Below, piece after piece: positions 47,606 through 57,901 of a stretch of DNA of 64,000 bases; within the stretch, counting starts at the first letter, position 1; each line of letters begins with the position of its first letter. A program made the translations under genes and the position numbers. The notes below the pieces were generated by a model that worked only from the letters and a program-made list of their open reading frames with translations, had not been told where the DNA came from and did no database searches. Origin of the DNA: an uncultured virus (IMG/VR IMGVR_UViG_3300030688_000011) (taxonomy: Duplodnaviria > Heunggongvirae > Uroviricota > Caudoviricetes); IMG/VR virus record IMGVR_UViG_3300030688_000011. The stretch is one strand, 5' to 3'.

Positions 47606-48694
47606 CTAGTACCGCGAGTTGTACGATGACGAGTCATCGGTGATGTCGTTTTTGACTGACCATATAGCCAGCCCAATGCTGAGCAGCACGGAAATGATAA
47701 AGCTGACCCACAGCGAAGTTCCTGAAGGCTGGAAGCTACGCATGAGGTACTTCATATCCTTCATGTGCATCCTCACGAACTTGTTCTGCACCGTGGTTGC
47801 GATGGTCTTGACAATCGCGTCCCGCTGGTCGAGTGTGCCGATTTCCTCGATGCTATCCTTGAGAACAATCTTCAGGTCGGAGTTGGTAGACCACGACATT
47901 ACATCGGCGAACTCCACCTTGTGACCATCCTTCGACCCGATGACAACCGTCACGTCGTTCTTCTTGCCGCCCATCCACTTATCCTTGAGGGCCAGCATAT
48001 ACGAGGCGTCGTCGGTGGGGACGAAGATGAGTATGACGTTGACCTGCTTGGACGGGCCGAGCAACTTGTTCACGTTGTTCGCCAACAGCCAGTTCCACGT
48101 ATTCATGTCGATGTTGGGCACGCCCATGTTCACCACAGCGTCGTGGCTGTAATAGTCGTACACCGTGTCCGGGTATGGGGGCAGCATCGCGGCGAACTTC
48201 ACCACGTCGCCCTTAGTGCCGAGCAGAACGCTGTCGGGGTTGGCACGGATGTAGTTCGTGAAGGTGTGCTGAGAAGAAAAGGGCTGGCCGGGGTAAACGG
48301 CGTCCCAACGCTTGGGCTCGATGAGGCCCTGACGGTCTTCGCGGTCGATGTCGATGGCCTCTCCGGTCGTGGCATGGACTGTCCAGTCCACGTCGAACGC
48401 ATGTTCATAGCACGTCGAGCAGTGGCGGTTGCCCTTGCTGTCAGTGTAGCAGTTGCAGTCGTAGGAGTGAGAGCACGACACAACATCGCGTGTGCGGGAG
48501 GTCACCTGACCGTTCCAAATCTCAGTGTCCGTGGTACTGGAGTTGTAGGCCACCGCGAGACAAATGCCGACGCACACCGCGACGACGCCTAGCTGCCCGA
48601 GAAACTCATAGATGGTCACCTTGCCCTTGAAGAAGAACAAAGCACCCAACGCGATGATGAGAGGAACGCACATCAGCATCAGAAAATCAAGCAT
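47606..48694 (-). CDS. membrane protein with Cys-rich extracytoplasmic and TPM-like region
   Basis: DTEIWNGQV...VSCSHSYDCNC...CSTCYEH; WMGGKKNDV; C-terminal TM. Confidence 0.7.
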   Translation of the reverse strand: MLDFLMLMCVPLIIALGALFFFKGKVTIYEFLGQLGVVAVCVGICLAVAYNSSTTDTEIWNGQVTSRTRDVVSCSHSYDCNCYTDSKGNRHCSTCYEHAFDVDWTVHATTGEAIDIDREDRQGLIEPKRWDAVYPGQPFSSQHTFTNYIRANPDSVLLGTKGDVVKFAAMLPPYPDTVYDYYSHDAVVNMGVPNIDMNTWNWLLANNVNKLLGPSKQVNVILIFVPTDDASYMLALKDKWMGGKKNDVTVVIGSKDGHKVEFADVMSWSTNSDLKIVLKDSIEEIGTLDQRDAIVKTIATTVQNKFVRMHMKDMKYLMRSFQPSGTSLWVSFIISVLLSIGLAIWSVKNDITDDSSSYNSRY

Positions 48695-49247
48695 TGGAGT
48701 CCGCTTTCTTGGTTGTATCGTCATTCTCCCAATGACGGGGAATCATGTCCCGCAGATAGCTACGCTTGCGGGTGAAGATCGGGGTCTTCTCGTCAATCTG
48801 CCAAGTGCCTCGCTGGAGGACGGCAAGGGCAAGAGGGAGGGCTACGTTGCGTGCATCAAGAGCCTCAATCGAGGATACGAACTTAACAACGTTCAATGGG
48901 TCTACAAACCCATCAATAACATGAAGTGGAAGCTACCACAAGACGAGTTCACTCGCCTTTGTCGCTTGGTGGTGGCTAATTCAAGTCAGCGATGAGACGA
49001 TGGCAGGGGTAACCCTTGTACGTGCTGGAGTAAATAAACTTGTCCAGTTCAGCCGGGGGCGTGAGTTCCACAACACCTTTGGATAGACGGGCAATTCCAT
49101 GGTTAGGGGGGACGGACGCTACTCTACTGCCCTTCTTCCCGGCCTTGGTGTAAATGTACGGCACTTCATTCTGAACGATGATAGCCCCTGCTCTCAGTTG
49201 TGTCATTGTCTTCCTTTCATGGCTCACCCTCTTGTCGATACACACTG

Positions 49248-49278
49248 AGTATACCGGACAAGAGGGCGTTTTGGACAA
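49248..49278 (-). promoter_or_regulatory. repeated promoter TTGTCC-N19-TATACT
   Basis: motif copy. Confidence 0.72.
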
Positions 49279-49292
49279 CATTTTGAAATATT

Positions 49293-50171
49293 TTAGAGTT
49301 CCCTGAACTCCCGCTTCAATTGGGCCACGAACGCCATGAAATTCGGGGTCAAAGTGATGTCCGGATGCCACGCAAGGTCAAGGTCAATCAGGTTATAGCT
49401 CTTGACAATGTGGGTGCCGGGGATGTTAGTCCCGTCCGGGTTCTTGTCATGGCCGAGCATCCATACCGTATCCGCAACTGCACACCCCGCCGTCACATCG
49501 TGAGTGACGATGATGATGGTGTTAAGTTCATCAAGATTTGCTATCTTCTGAATGAGTTGAGCCGCCTTCTCCAGTGCGATGGGATCGAGACCAGAGAATG
49601 GCTCGTCCATCAAAATGAAGTGGTTATTGCACAGAACCTGCTGGATGATGGCGATGCGTTGACGCTGACCACCGGATAAGCTGGCCGGGTAGTCATTGAC
49701 CTTATCAGCCAACTCGAACTCTGTGAGGTAGGCCATGATTTCATCATGAGCCTGTGCGGTCGTCTTGCCGTTACGCTTCGCCGCCAGCATCAGGTTGCCC
49801 ATGACAGTGCGGTGAGGGAACAGCGGGTAGCTCTGAGCCACAACACCAACGTCTCCCGCATGAACCGCACAACGTTCCTTGGTGCATCCTTCCCGACCGC
49901 AGTTGCAGTTGTTGATGTAGACGATACCGCTGTTGGGTTTGTTGAGTCCAGCAATGGTGCGGAACAGTTGAGTCTTACCATAACCTGAAGGCCCGAGGAG
50001 AGCGACTACTTGGCCTTTGACGAAGGGCTTACCCGTGGACGGGTCGATGTGTGTGCATTTGATGTCTTTAATGTTTGCATTGACGTTGACCAGCACTGGG
50101 TGGTCGTAAGACACGTTGATATTCTCGATGGTCAGTAGTGCCTGACCGAGTGTGTAGTCCATGCTTGACAT
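49293..50171 (-). CDS. ABC transporter ATP-binding protein (NitT/TauT-like)
   Basis: GPSGYGKT, LSGGQRQR, ILMDEPFSGLD, VTHD. Confidence 0.93.
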   Translation of the reverse strand: MSSMDYTLGQALLTIENINVSYDHPVLVNVNANIKDIKCTHIDPSTGKPFVKGQVVALLGPSGYGKTQLFRTIAGLNKPNSGIVYINNCNCGREGCTKERCAVHAGDVGVVAQSYPLFPHRTVMGNLMLAAKRNGKTTAQAHDEIMAYLTEFELADKVNDYPASLSGGQRQRIAIIQQVLCNNHFILMDEPFSGLDPIALEKAAQLIQKIANLDELNTIIIVTHDVTAGCAVADTVWMLGHDKNPDGTNIPGTHIVKSYNLIDLDLAWHPDITLTPNFMAFVAQLKREFREL

Positions 50172-50174
50172 ATA

Positions 50175-51026
50175 TTAGTTCTCCACCGTCAGGTTAGCGT
50201 AACCAAAGAACATGTTCTTCAGGAAGCCGAAGATGTAGTCCTGACCGATACCGATGATGAGGATGCAAATCTGAATCGCCATGATATCACCATACTTCGC
50301 GTGATGCTGCATGGTCTGTAGCATGGTGCCGACGCCACCCTCAGCGAACACGATACCTTCAACCAAGGTAAGCATCATCCAACCCATGGCAGCGGTCTGG
50401 CGGAGTACGTCGAAAGCCTGAGCCGCAGTGCCAAGGATGACTACTTCCCACACGATACGCCACTGACTGAAGCGGAGAGTACGGGCAAGGTCAAACTGTT
50501 CCTTGGGGATGTTCTTGATGACATCCAGCATGGACGTGATGAACCATACCGAGATAGAGAAGGCTAACATCGCAACCTTGACCGTGTGCTTAGAGTCGAA
50601 GGTCAACTCGAACGCGAGTGAAATACCCACCATGGACAGCATACGAAGAGCGGTGGTCATCTGAGCAGTTGGTTTGAATATGGGGATAACTGACAGGTAC
50701 GAGATTGACAGCGAGGCGATAAGAGCCACACCGATGGCCTGAAGGTTGAGCACATAGCTGACGATGAGTTGGTTGCCAAGTCCACTGTTCATCCACAGGT
50801 CGGTGAAGCAATGCCATACCTCAGCCGGGGTGGGGAGTAGAGCCCACGGGCTGAATAGCCATGCTCCGAGCAGGACAACTATGGTCGAAGCGAAGATGCC
50901 TGTGGCGACTGTCTTGTTCACAGTTCGCAGAGGGGAGACAGAGTTGATAGACACACGCAGGAAAAACTTCAGTTTGTCTTTCAGGGGGACACTGGTTACA
51001 GCGGGAACTACAGCTTGAGTTGCCAT
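50175..51026 (-). CDS. ABC transporter permease
   Basis: LPTPAEV, multiple TMs, DLARTL (EAA-like loop). Confidence 0.88.
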   Translation of the reverse strand: MATQAVVPAVTSVPLKDKLKFFLRVSINSVSPLRTVNKTVATGIFASTIVVLLGAWLFSPWALLPTPAEVWHCFTDLWMNSGLGNQLIVSYVLNLQAIGVALIASLSISYLSVIPIFKPTAQMTTALRMLSMVGISLAFELTFDSKHTVKVAMLAFSISVWFITSMLDVIKNIPKEQFDLARTLRFSQWRIVWEVVILGTAAQAFDVLRQTAAMGWMMLTLVEGIVFAEGGVGTMLQTMQHHAKYGDIMAIQICILIIGIGQDYIFGFLKNMFFGYANLTVEN

Positions 51027-51040
51027 TCAATCCTCACAAG

Positions 51041-51064
51041 GAAGGGGCGGCGAACCGCCCCTTC
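51041..51064. terminator. GC-rich hairpin
   Basis: GAAGGGGCGG-CGAA-CCGCCCCTTC. Confidence 0.6.
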
Positions 51065-51087
51065 TCTGGTTAGCCTACAGGTTAGTT

Positions 51088-52929
51088 TTACCCAATCTGC
51101 AAAATTTCCACACGGCGGTTCTTCTGCTTGTCATCCGTCGTGTCGTTCGGAGCCACCGGGTTCGCAGAGCCGAGGCCCTTGACAGCCTTGAACCGAGCAG
51201 CAGGGAAGTCCTGCGGAGCGTACGACATGAGGTAAGCCTTCACCGCAGCAGCACGCTGTGCGGACAGGTCGATGTTGTGCTGATGCCCAGTTGGAGTCTG
51301 GTCACCCGCGTTGTCAGTGTAGCCGTCAATCTCGAACGCAAGAGACTTGGCGATACCGAGCGTAGTTGCCAACTGGTCAAGCTGAGCCTTGCCAGCCGGA
51401 GTCAGAGCAGCCGAGTTGGTAGCGAACACAATATACTGCTTATCCGTGCTCACGACCGCACCCGTGGAGATAGCCGCAGTGTAGTCTGTGGTCTCAGCAC
51501 CCCCTCCCGTCACACCGTTATTGGTGAGGGCGTCCTCAGCCAAGCGGATGTACTTGGTGTTGACCGCCTGAGCGTAGGTCGGGATGGGGCTATCCTTGAA
51601 CAGGGAGGCGTACTGCTCCATGTCGATACGAGCGAACGTCTCGTAGGTCGCCTTCATGTTGTTCTGGTATCCGGGTACGAGACCAAAATACTGAAGGTTG
51701 TCCTGAAGGTTAAAGACAGCCGAGCCGCCAATCAGGTTGCCCGTCTTATCCTTCTCACCCACGAAGTAGTTGTACCAGTAGTCGCCCGTGTTGTCTGCGT
51801 AGACAGTTGCGGCAACGTTCGAAGCAAACTTGATGGCAGCAGGGTACGCCTTCATCTGGTCAGCAGCCGTGAACGACGCAGCGAAGAAACCAGACATGGT
51901 GTCGGGGTTCTTATCGGCGAACTTGCTGATGACGGCCAAGGTAGCTGGCATCTGAGCCGAGTATTCACGCGACGAGATAATCTTCGTTGTCCCGTCAATG
52001 GGACCGTGGATGGCATCATCGTCTCCCGGCGTCCAAGTTACGACACCATCCGGGCAAACGGTTGCAATCTTGCCATCCTTCTTGCCAGAGTCATCGACCT
52101 CAGGTCGCTGTTCGCACTTGTGCGGGTTGTAGACATCGGTGACGGCCTTGATGTAATCGTCGTCCGGTGCCGCCATCCAGTTCACAGCGGTCGGGTTGTA
52201 GGTGTGCGGGTCAGGGTTGTTCTTCAAGTTGTTGAAGCCCTCGAACGCCATGGCGATGTTCCAGTCACCGTCACGAATGACGCCGACGATAGTCTTACCA
52301 ATCATGGTTTGAGGATTCTTCTTCCACTCAGCAGGTCCAAGTAAAGCATCCTCACCGTTGGAGCGACCAAGCGCACCATACAGCTTGACCGTGTAGGCAC
52401 CAACGCCCTTGTCCAGCTTGAGCAACTGAGCGTTCAGTTCCGACAGCCACTGTCCGCCTGAGTCACCCATGAAGATGAGAGCAGCCGCTCCAGTGTCACA
52501 CGTGTTCTGGTTCTTGGATGCCATCTGATTGGCACACGCAAGGATGTCAGCACGCATGGTGTCGTTGGAGTCAGTACGCTTGAACTTGTAGTTCACGTTG
52601 TACTTCTCGAACAGGGAACCCTGCATTGTTTCAGCACCACCGGAAGCGAGAAAAATGCTGTGTTGTGCGTTCCACTCCCATCCGTCCACGAGGAACAGAG
52701 GGGAAGAGAGACTTGCCGGGTTGGAGGAAGGGAAGGGGAGCGGGGCAATGCCCTGCACCACAGCGTCTTCCTGTTTGAGAACCTGCACCTTCGTGGCGAC
52801 GACCGACTTCAGGATGCCGGGGGTCGGAATCAACCCCGTGGACATCGCGAAGCGAAGACCGAACACAACGACTGCGGCTACGATAACGACCAAGAACAAC
52901 TTGGCTTGAGGCTTGATTCGGATTGCCAT
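51088..52929 (-). CDS. ABC substrate-binding protein fused to OmpA-like peptidoglycan-binding domain
   Basis: N-terminal TM; GDWNI, VTWTPGD; F.TNSA.L, IDGYTD, LSAQRA..V, KNRRVEI. Confidence 0.85.
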   Translation of the reverse strand: MAIRIKPQAKLFLVVIVAAVVVFGLRFAMSTGLIPTPGILKSVVATKVQVLKQEDAVVQGIAPLPFPSSNPASLSSPLFLVDGWEWNAQHSIFLASGGAETMQGSLFEKYNVNYKFKRTDSNDTMRADILACANQMASKNQNTCDTGAAALIFMGDSGGQWLSELNAQLLKLDKGVGAYTVKLYGALGRSNGEDALLGPAEWKKNPQTMIGKTIVGVIRDGDWNIAMAFEGFNNLKNNPDPHTYNPTAVNWMAAPDDDYIKAVTDVYNPHKCEQRPEVDDSGKKDGKIATVCPDGVVTWTPGDDDAIHGPIDGTTKIISSREYSAQMPATLAVISKFADKNPDTMSGFFAASFTAADQMKAYPAAIKFASNVAATVYADNTGDYWYNYFVGEKDKTGNLIGGSAVFNLQDNLQYFGLVPGYQNNMKATYETFARIDMEQYASLFKDSPIPTYAQAVNTKYIRLAEDALTNNGVTGGGAETTDYTAAISTGAVVSTDKQYIVFATNSAALTPAGKAQLDQLATTLGIAKSLAFEIDGYTDNAGDQTPTGHQHNIDLSAQRAAAVKAYLMSYAPQDFPAARFKAVKGLGSANPVAPNDTTDDKQKNRRVEILQIG

Positions 52930-52972
52930 AATGCTTCTCCTAAAAGTTCAGGGTTGAAGGTTGATGGTTGAA

Positions 52973-54073
52973 CTACTTGAACGGGTCGATGTCGTCACTC
53001 GTGGAAGAGAACCCACCAGCCGGACGAGCCATGGGGACAGGAGCAGGGGACGAGATACCCGGAATCTGAATGAGGTCTGCACCAGCCGGTGCCGAGCCGG
53101 AAGTGAGGAGCTTCGCACTGAACTCTGCAAACTGCTGACGAGCGAGTTCCGCGTTGGCACCAGATTCAATCTGGTCGTTGGTAAGCAGCTTGTCGGTGAA
53201 GCGAGAGAAGTCACGAATCTCGCCCAAGGTACGAGACGTATCCTCTTCGAGGTAGTCCAGTGCCATATCGACCATCTGTTCCTGCTGAGAGTTGCCCTTG
53301 AGCAGACGCTGACCGATGCTGAGAGTTGCCTTCGCATCGAGAATCATCTTGCGCTGCGTGGTGAGGAAGCTGACCTTGTTCGCCGTCCGCTGAATCTTTG
53401 CGTCGGAGACCATCGACCACTGCTGGAAGGTGGTGAGAAGGTGCGAGGTGTCAGCTTCAAGAGCCTTCAACTGCTGCACGCCCTGAAGCAACATGCCAGC
53501 GTTCTCTTCATCGGTGCCCGACTGAAGGGTCAACTGCTGCTTCTTCATGGGGTCGGTTTCTGCTGCCGCCATCCTCGCGGCCTGTTGACTCATGGCGTAA
53601 GCCTTCTGAGCCTCAGCCTGTTTGGAGGCGATGTTACGCTGCAACATACTCTCAGAGCCAGCGAAACGCTGAACGGTTCCGTCGAGCGTGGCCTTCTCTT
53701 TACGCATGTCATCGAGGTTGTTGTTGAGAATCCCGATAGGGTCAATGGTAGTGTAGCACCGGGCGACCATACGCGAGAAGCTCTGGAAAGCGTTACTAAT
53801 GACGGAGCGAAGGCCACCGAGAGGTCCGACGCCAAGAGCGATGGAACCCGCCGCAAGCAGGATGGCAAAGTAGGCAACCGACAGCACGGTGTTCTGCAAC
53901 GTTTCTACGACAAAGGGAACAATCAGTCCCCAAAACCAGAACGTAGCAACGCAAGCAGCCGCAATGCCCGTGTAGATGAGACCCTTCCCGGCTCCGCCTT
54001 CAGGCCGCTGCCAGAAGGACTTCGGGGTGAATCCCTGAGGGACGCTAATGTATGGTGTCATGCCTGTGGACAT
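52973..54073 (-). CDS. membrane-anchored coiled-coil protein (PspA-like)
   Basis: KSFWQRPEG, two TMs, IDPIGIL followed by long coiled coil. Confidence 0.7.
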   Translation of the reverse strand: MSTGMTPYISVPQGFTPKSFWQRPEGGAGKGLIYTGIAAACVATFWFWGLIVPFVVETLQNTVLSVAYFAILLAAGSIALGVGPLGGLRSVISNAFQSFSRMVARCYTTIDPIGILNNNLDDMRKEKATLDGTVQRFAGSESMLQRNIASKQAEAQKAYAMSQQAARMAAAETDPMKKQQLTLQSGTDEENAGMLLQGVQQLKALEADTSHLLTTFQQWSMVSDAKIQRTANKVSFLTTQRKMILDAKATLSIGQRLLKGNSQQEQMVDMALDYLEEDTSRTLGEIRDFSRFTDKLLTNDQIESGANAELARQQFAEFSAKLLTSGSAPAGADLIQIPGISSPAPVPMARPAGGFSSTSDDIDPFK

Positions 54074-54104
54074 AGTGGGTGCCTTTCTCTTTGAAGGTTT
54101 GAAG

Positions 54105-54827
54105 TTACTTGGTAAGCATCGAGGCGAACTGAGCCTTCTGCCCGTCGATTTCGGTACCACGCTTGGTCAACGCAGTGTTGAACGCCGTCTGAGTTCCAGC
54201 ATCCTTCGCCTGTGCCGCCGCGAGGTCTGAAGTGACCTGCGTCTGCTCAGTCTGGAGAGCGGTAAGCTGCTGTGCGATGTCCGCCAGACGATTCTGACGT
54301 GCCGTGATTTCCTTGTCCTCGAACGCACCGACCTTAGTTTTGAAGTTGTCCGCCGCTGTCGCCAGCGTGGTCTTGAGCGTGTCGAAAGTGTTGAGGATAG
54401 CGTCTTCAGTGATGTTGGCGTTTGCCTTCGCTTGAGCAACAGCGGTGCGGAACTTCAGGTTATCATCCATCGGCAGAGCTTTCAACGGCTCAAGGAACTT
54501 GTTGATGGTGTTCGCAATGTCGGTGGTGTCGAAGTTGGTCTTCGTGAAAAGCTTCTGGTAAAAGTCTTCGGCCTCAGCGGAGGATACTGGTGCCGCTCCA
54601 CCCACGAAGGAAGAGAGTGTGGACGCACCAGCAGGAGGAGGCGTGTAGGCCGCAGGAGCGAACGCGGGGGCAGTGCCAGCGGCAGATGAGCCGAAGGAGA
54701 AGGGGGATACAGCAGCAGCGGCGACCGGAGCCGGGGCTACAGGGACAGGAGTGGGGGCAGAGGGGTCGTCTTCAACCACCATGCTCTTGAGGGAGTCGAA
54801 TAGGCTGTGGTGTTTCTGGTCGCTCAT
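54105..54827 (-). CDS. Pro/Ala-rich linker plus coiled-coil protein
   Basis: first large gene of the ABC/OmpA cassette. Confidence 0.7.
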   Translation of the reverse strand: MSDQKHHSLFDSLKSMVVEDDPSAPTPVPVAPAPVAAAAVSPFSFGSSAAGTAPAFAPAAYTPPPAGASTLSSFVGGAAPVSSAEAEDFYQKLFTKTNFDTTDIANTINKFLEPLKALPMDDNLKFRTAVAQAKANANITEDAILNTFDTLKTTLATAADNFKTKVGAFEDKEITARQNRLADIAQQLTALQTEQTQVTSDLAAAQAKDAGTQTAFNTALTKRGTEIDGQKAQFASMLTK

Positions 54828-55117
54828 ATGTTCCTTTCAATCGGGTGTATGTTGTCGGAGTTGATTCGGATGTTCATGTCAAAAACGCCGGGAGCCCCCA
54901 AGTACATGTACGGGCCGAAGACACGCATGAACTCCCAGCCACTGAAGCGGGAGTAGCCTTCTTCATCCACAGGCAATTGTACAGGAGTGAGATTCTTCCT
55001 CGCAATCTCAGGCAACGCTTCACGCCATGCGTGAGCATCAGCAAGGTACACAGACCTACCGAGTTCGGTAAGCTTGACCCACACTGAGTTGTTGATGTTG
55101 AAAGACAGCAAGCTCAT
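54824..55117 (-). CDS. hypothetical protein, leaderless
   Basis: FNINNSVWVKLTELG...WEFMRVFG; ATG 7 nt after TATACT. Confidence 0.6.
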   Translation of the reverse strand: MSLLSFNINNSVWVKLTELGRSVYLADAHAWREALPEIARKNLTPVQLPVDEEGYSRFSGWEFMRVFGPYMYLGAPGVFDMNIRINSDNIHPIERNI

Positions 55118-55124
55118 GTCCCGT

Positions 55125-55155
55125 AGTATACGGGACGAATTTAGTTTTGGGAAAC
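55125..55155 (-). promoter_or_regulatory. repeated promoter (GTTTCC-N19-TATACT)
   Basis: motif copy. Confidence 0.62.
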
Positions 55156-55517
55156 TATTTTTCAAGTAAAAATTTTATTCAAAAACGTAAGCGAGAGTGT
55201 GTACGTCCTCGTCTACTATTTCGAAGTTCTGAAGCTCTGCGGTGTGAGACACCACTCCAGAATTTTGCAGGTACTCGAACGCAGGGATGAAGGTCTCTAG
55301 GATTGCAAACACCTTCATGCTTGGGAGTAGAATGGAAACTTCTTCAGTGTAGGGCGGTTGAATGTTGCATGAAGTATACAACAGCAAACTACGTAAGTGC
55401 TGCGGCTGAGTAGTTAGGTACGACAGAGTTACTTTTACGAATCCACTTTTCGCAGCCGCTAGTTCAGGCTTCACTGCGGGAGCAATGGGTCGAGCATCAG
55501 AGACTGTGGTCTTGATA

Positions 55518-56201
55518 CTAGAGTCCAAGGAACTCCTCCACAATCTTGGATAACTTCAATGACGTTTGCTTAGGCACAGGTGCCCCCGGTGTTACAGGTG
55601 CAGCATTTGCGGCTGGTTGAGCGGGTGCCGGTGCTGTAGGTTCAGGCTGAGCCCCAACAGGGTGTGGGTGCTCTGTCGCTTCCTCGTTCCTACGTACCTT
55701 ACGGTTGATTCCCACTTTTAGCTTGTTGCTCTTGTCTGTGAAATACTTGTCGATGTAACTTTCAGACTGTGCGACTGCAATCTCTCCCATGTCGCTAGTC
55801 CTGATCGTATCATCATTGCTCAAAGAGTCCGAGTCCGAGAATAATGAATTACGTGTACCCTCTCCATCCCCCTCTTGATATACAAACCGGAGGTCACGCA
55901 GAGGGTAGCCGCTGCCATTGAGCATGTCGATAACATCAGGGGAGACAAGGAGGTATACACCAATCTCAGTTACTTGAACATCCCCATCTTCTAGAGTCGA
56001 GTTGCCATGGTCGTCCATCGAAGGCTCATCATACTTGATGATGGCACCACGGGCCACTTCTAGGACGTTAGGGTTAGTGACAATACCATAGAGCCATATG
56101 TCGAGCCCGTCGATGCTATCGACCACTCTGTCCAGAATGTCGAGCCCATCGCGTAGCTTATCTATATCGTTGTTGTATAGCTCTGAATATTCACTTGCCA
56201 T
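55518..56201 (-). CDS. acidic hypothetical protein
   Basis: GAGG RBS. Confidence 0.65.
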   Translation of the reverse strand: MASEYSELYNNDIDKLRDGLDILDRVVDSIDGLDIWLYGIVTNPNVLEVARGAIIKYDEPSMDDHGNSTLEDGDVQVTEIGVYLLVSPDVIDMLNGSGYPLRDLRFVYQEGDGEGTRNSLFSDSDSLSNDDTIRTSDMGEIAVAQSESYIDKYFTDKSNKLKVGINRKVRRNEEATEHPHPVGAQPEPTAPAPAQPAANAAPVTPGAPVPKQTSLKLSKIVEEFLGL

Positions 56202-56289
56202 GTTGTGCCTCTACTCAAGAGGACTAATATCATTAAATTCATGTACCAGTGGCTCAGGCGGTTCAATTTGTCAATTTTTGGTAATTTAT

Positions 56290-56388
56290 ACACCTCCTAC
56301 CCGGATAGCGAACCACTCCCCGCATCTAGCAGCCTATAAAACGGAGGGGGTCACTAACCCAGCGTAGTCACGTCCGGGTAGGAAGTAT
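56290..56388 (-). ncRNA. putative ~100-nt small RNA
   Basis: perfect 11-bp closing stem TCCTACCCGGA/TCCGGGTAGGA in an intergenic gap, downstream of an AT-rich promoter-like tract. Confidence 0.45.
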
Positions 56389-56424
56389 GTTCTATATTAC
56401 TGATTCTTTCGGTTTTTATTTGAA

Positions 56425-56877
56425 CTATCGGGTAGGGGGTGCCATGGGGTATTCCAGCAACGGGTACCATGGTGTGCCGTCACGAAGGTACACTACGTGA
56501 GGACGCAGGTCTGGTGTGTCGATGTGAGGGCACATGAAGTTTCTCTCTACACTCACGGCCACATCCTTGGTGTCGTAGCGTACCGGCCGCCGCTTGAGGA
56601 ACCACACGGGAGCGTACTTCTCTTTGAGGTACTCCCATGGGGTCGCTGGGTACTTATAGAGTTGTGTCTTGGTCTTGTCGGTCTTGTGGATGTTCGCAAG
56701 AAAGCTGGAGAAGATGTAATCGACATGCTCCGCCGTGTCGTACGGGAGGTACGGTGTAACCGTTAGATTCCGTGCCACCATTGGATACCTGTTGCGTATC
56801 CGTTCAACAACGGACACACGCAGGGTGTCGATTACAATCTCATCTACAGCTATCGAGTTGTTGAAACTACTTGACAC
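56425..56877 (-). CDS. hypothetical protein
   Basis: YPATPWEYLKEKYAP.WFLKR.PV.Y. Confidence 0.6.
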   Translation of the reverse strand: MSSSFNNSIAVDEIVIDTLRVSVVERIRNRYPMVARNLTVTPYLPYDTAEHVDYIFSSFLANIHKTDKTKTQLYKYPATPWEYLKEKYAPVWFLKRRPVRYDTKDVAVSVERNFMCPHIDTPDLRPHVVYLRDGTPWYPLLEYPMAPPTR

Positions 56878-57901
56878 CGGCGACCGCCAAGTACATGACT
56901 GCTCCCATGAGCCCGATACCGATAGCGATTAGACCCCACGTGACGAACTTATCGCTGAAGAAGGGCTCGTCCTCGTCGGTTGGTACGGGAGCGGTGAGAG
57001 GCCGAGAAGCTGGGGGCATGTCCGAGGTAGTTACCTCACCAGAGAGAACGGGGTTGACCGACGGAGTACCCGGCCAGATGGTACCCCTAACTTCAGACTC
57101 CGACATTCCATCAGCCACAAGCTGGTGGAACAGTTCAGTCTTCTCGGTCTCGTTCATGTCGTCCAGCACCTTGTCGCACATGTCGCTGACAAGCCCGTCG
57201 TCAAGGGTGGGGGCGCTAATCGCTGCCTGAACCAGTTCACAAGCATGACGACCGGCATCTACATCATCCGGGTCACCGTCGTCATCCGGGGAGTCATACT
57301 TGTTGATGCGGCCCGTGCCAACCTTCTCGAACGCCCAAGCCTTCGGCGGGTCTGCGGTCAACAGGCTACTAAGATGCGACAACGGGTGCCAGTGTGCGAG
57401 AGCCACCTTCGCCGTGGTCGTCTTAGCCAGAGGCGGAGCCACAGCAGGGATTGCACCTACAGTGTAACCCCCAACACTCAGCACGTCACCACGCAGCAAC
57501 ACGCCAAGCTGGTCTGCGGACAGGTCACCAACGAGGGGACGCTGAACCGGAGCAGGGACAGGTGGGGTGATAGGCTGAACCGGAGCAGGGACAGTACGCA
57601 GCTTGAGGTTATTCTCCAACGTGGCCATCTGAGTAGGAGTGAGCACTTCCGCACTACTGTACGGGAGCGTTCCCAAATTCTCAGGGTAGCGGGTGGCACT
57701 CAGGATAACGATGTCACGGAACGCCCGGCTCCTGATGTAATCCTTGGCCTTATCTGAGGTCGTAGTCCGATAGAAGGTGGTGTATACAGGCATCCTGCCG
57801 CCCATGGGGGTGACTGCATAGTCTTGCAGTTCGACATGAACGACCTTGTAGCGGTACGTGCGAACGCGAGGCTTGCTGAGGGTGGAGGGGGAGATTGTCA
57901 T
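56867..57901 (-). CDS. Pro-rich protein with C-terminal TM
   Basis: long ORF; hydrophobic C-terminus. Confidence 0.65.
   Translation of the reverse strand: MTISPSTLSKPRVRTYRYKVVHVELQDYAVTPMGGRMPVYTTFYRTTTSDKAKDYIRSRAFRDIVILSATRYPENLGTLPYSSAEVLTPTQMATLENNLKLRTVPAPVQPITPPVPAPVQRPLVGDLSADQLGVLLRGDVLSVGGYTVGAIPAVAPPLAKTTTAKVALAHWHPLSHLSSLLTADPPKAWAFEKVGTGRINKYDSPDDDGDPDDVDAGRHACELVQAAISAPTLDDGLVSDMCDKVLDDMNETEKTELFHQLVADGMSESEVRGTIWPGTPSVNPVLSGEVTTSDMPPASRPLTAPVPTDEDEPFFSDKFVTWGLIAIGIGLMGAVMYLAVAGVK

Noticed and set aside
48800..48995. Intact HNH endonuclease on the plus strand
   Set aside because: Only a C-terminal remnant (GY..NNVQWV.K.INNMK); no N-terminus or start.
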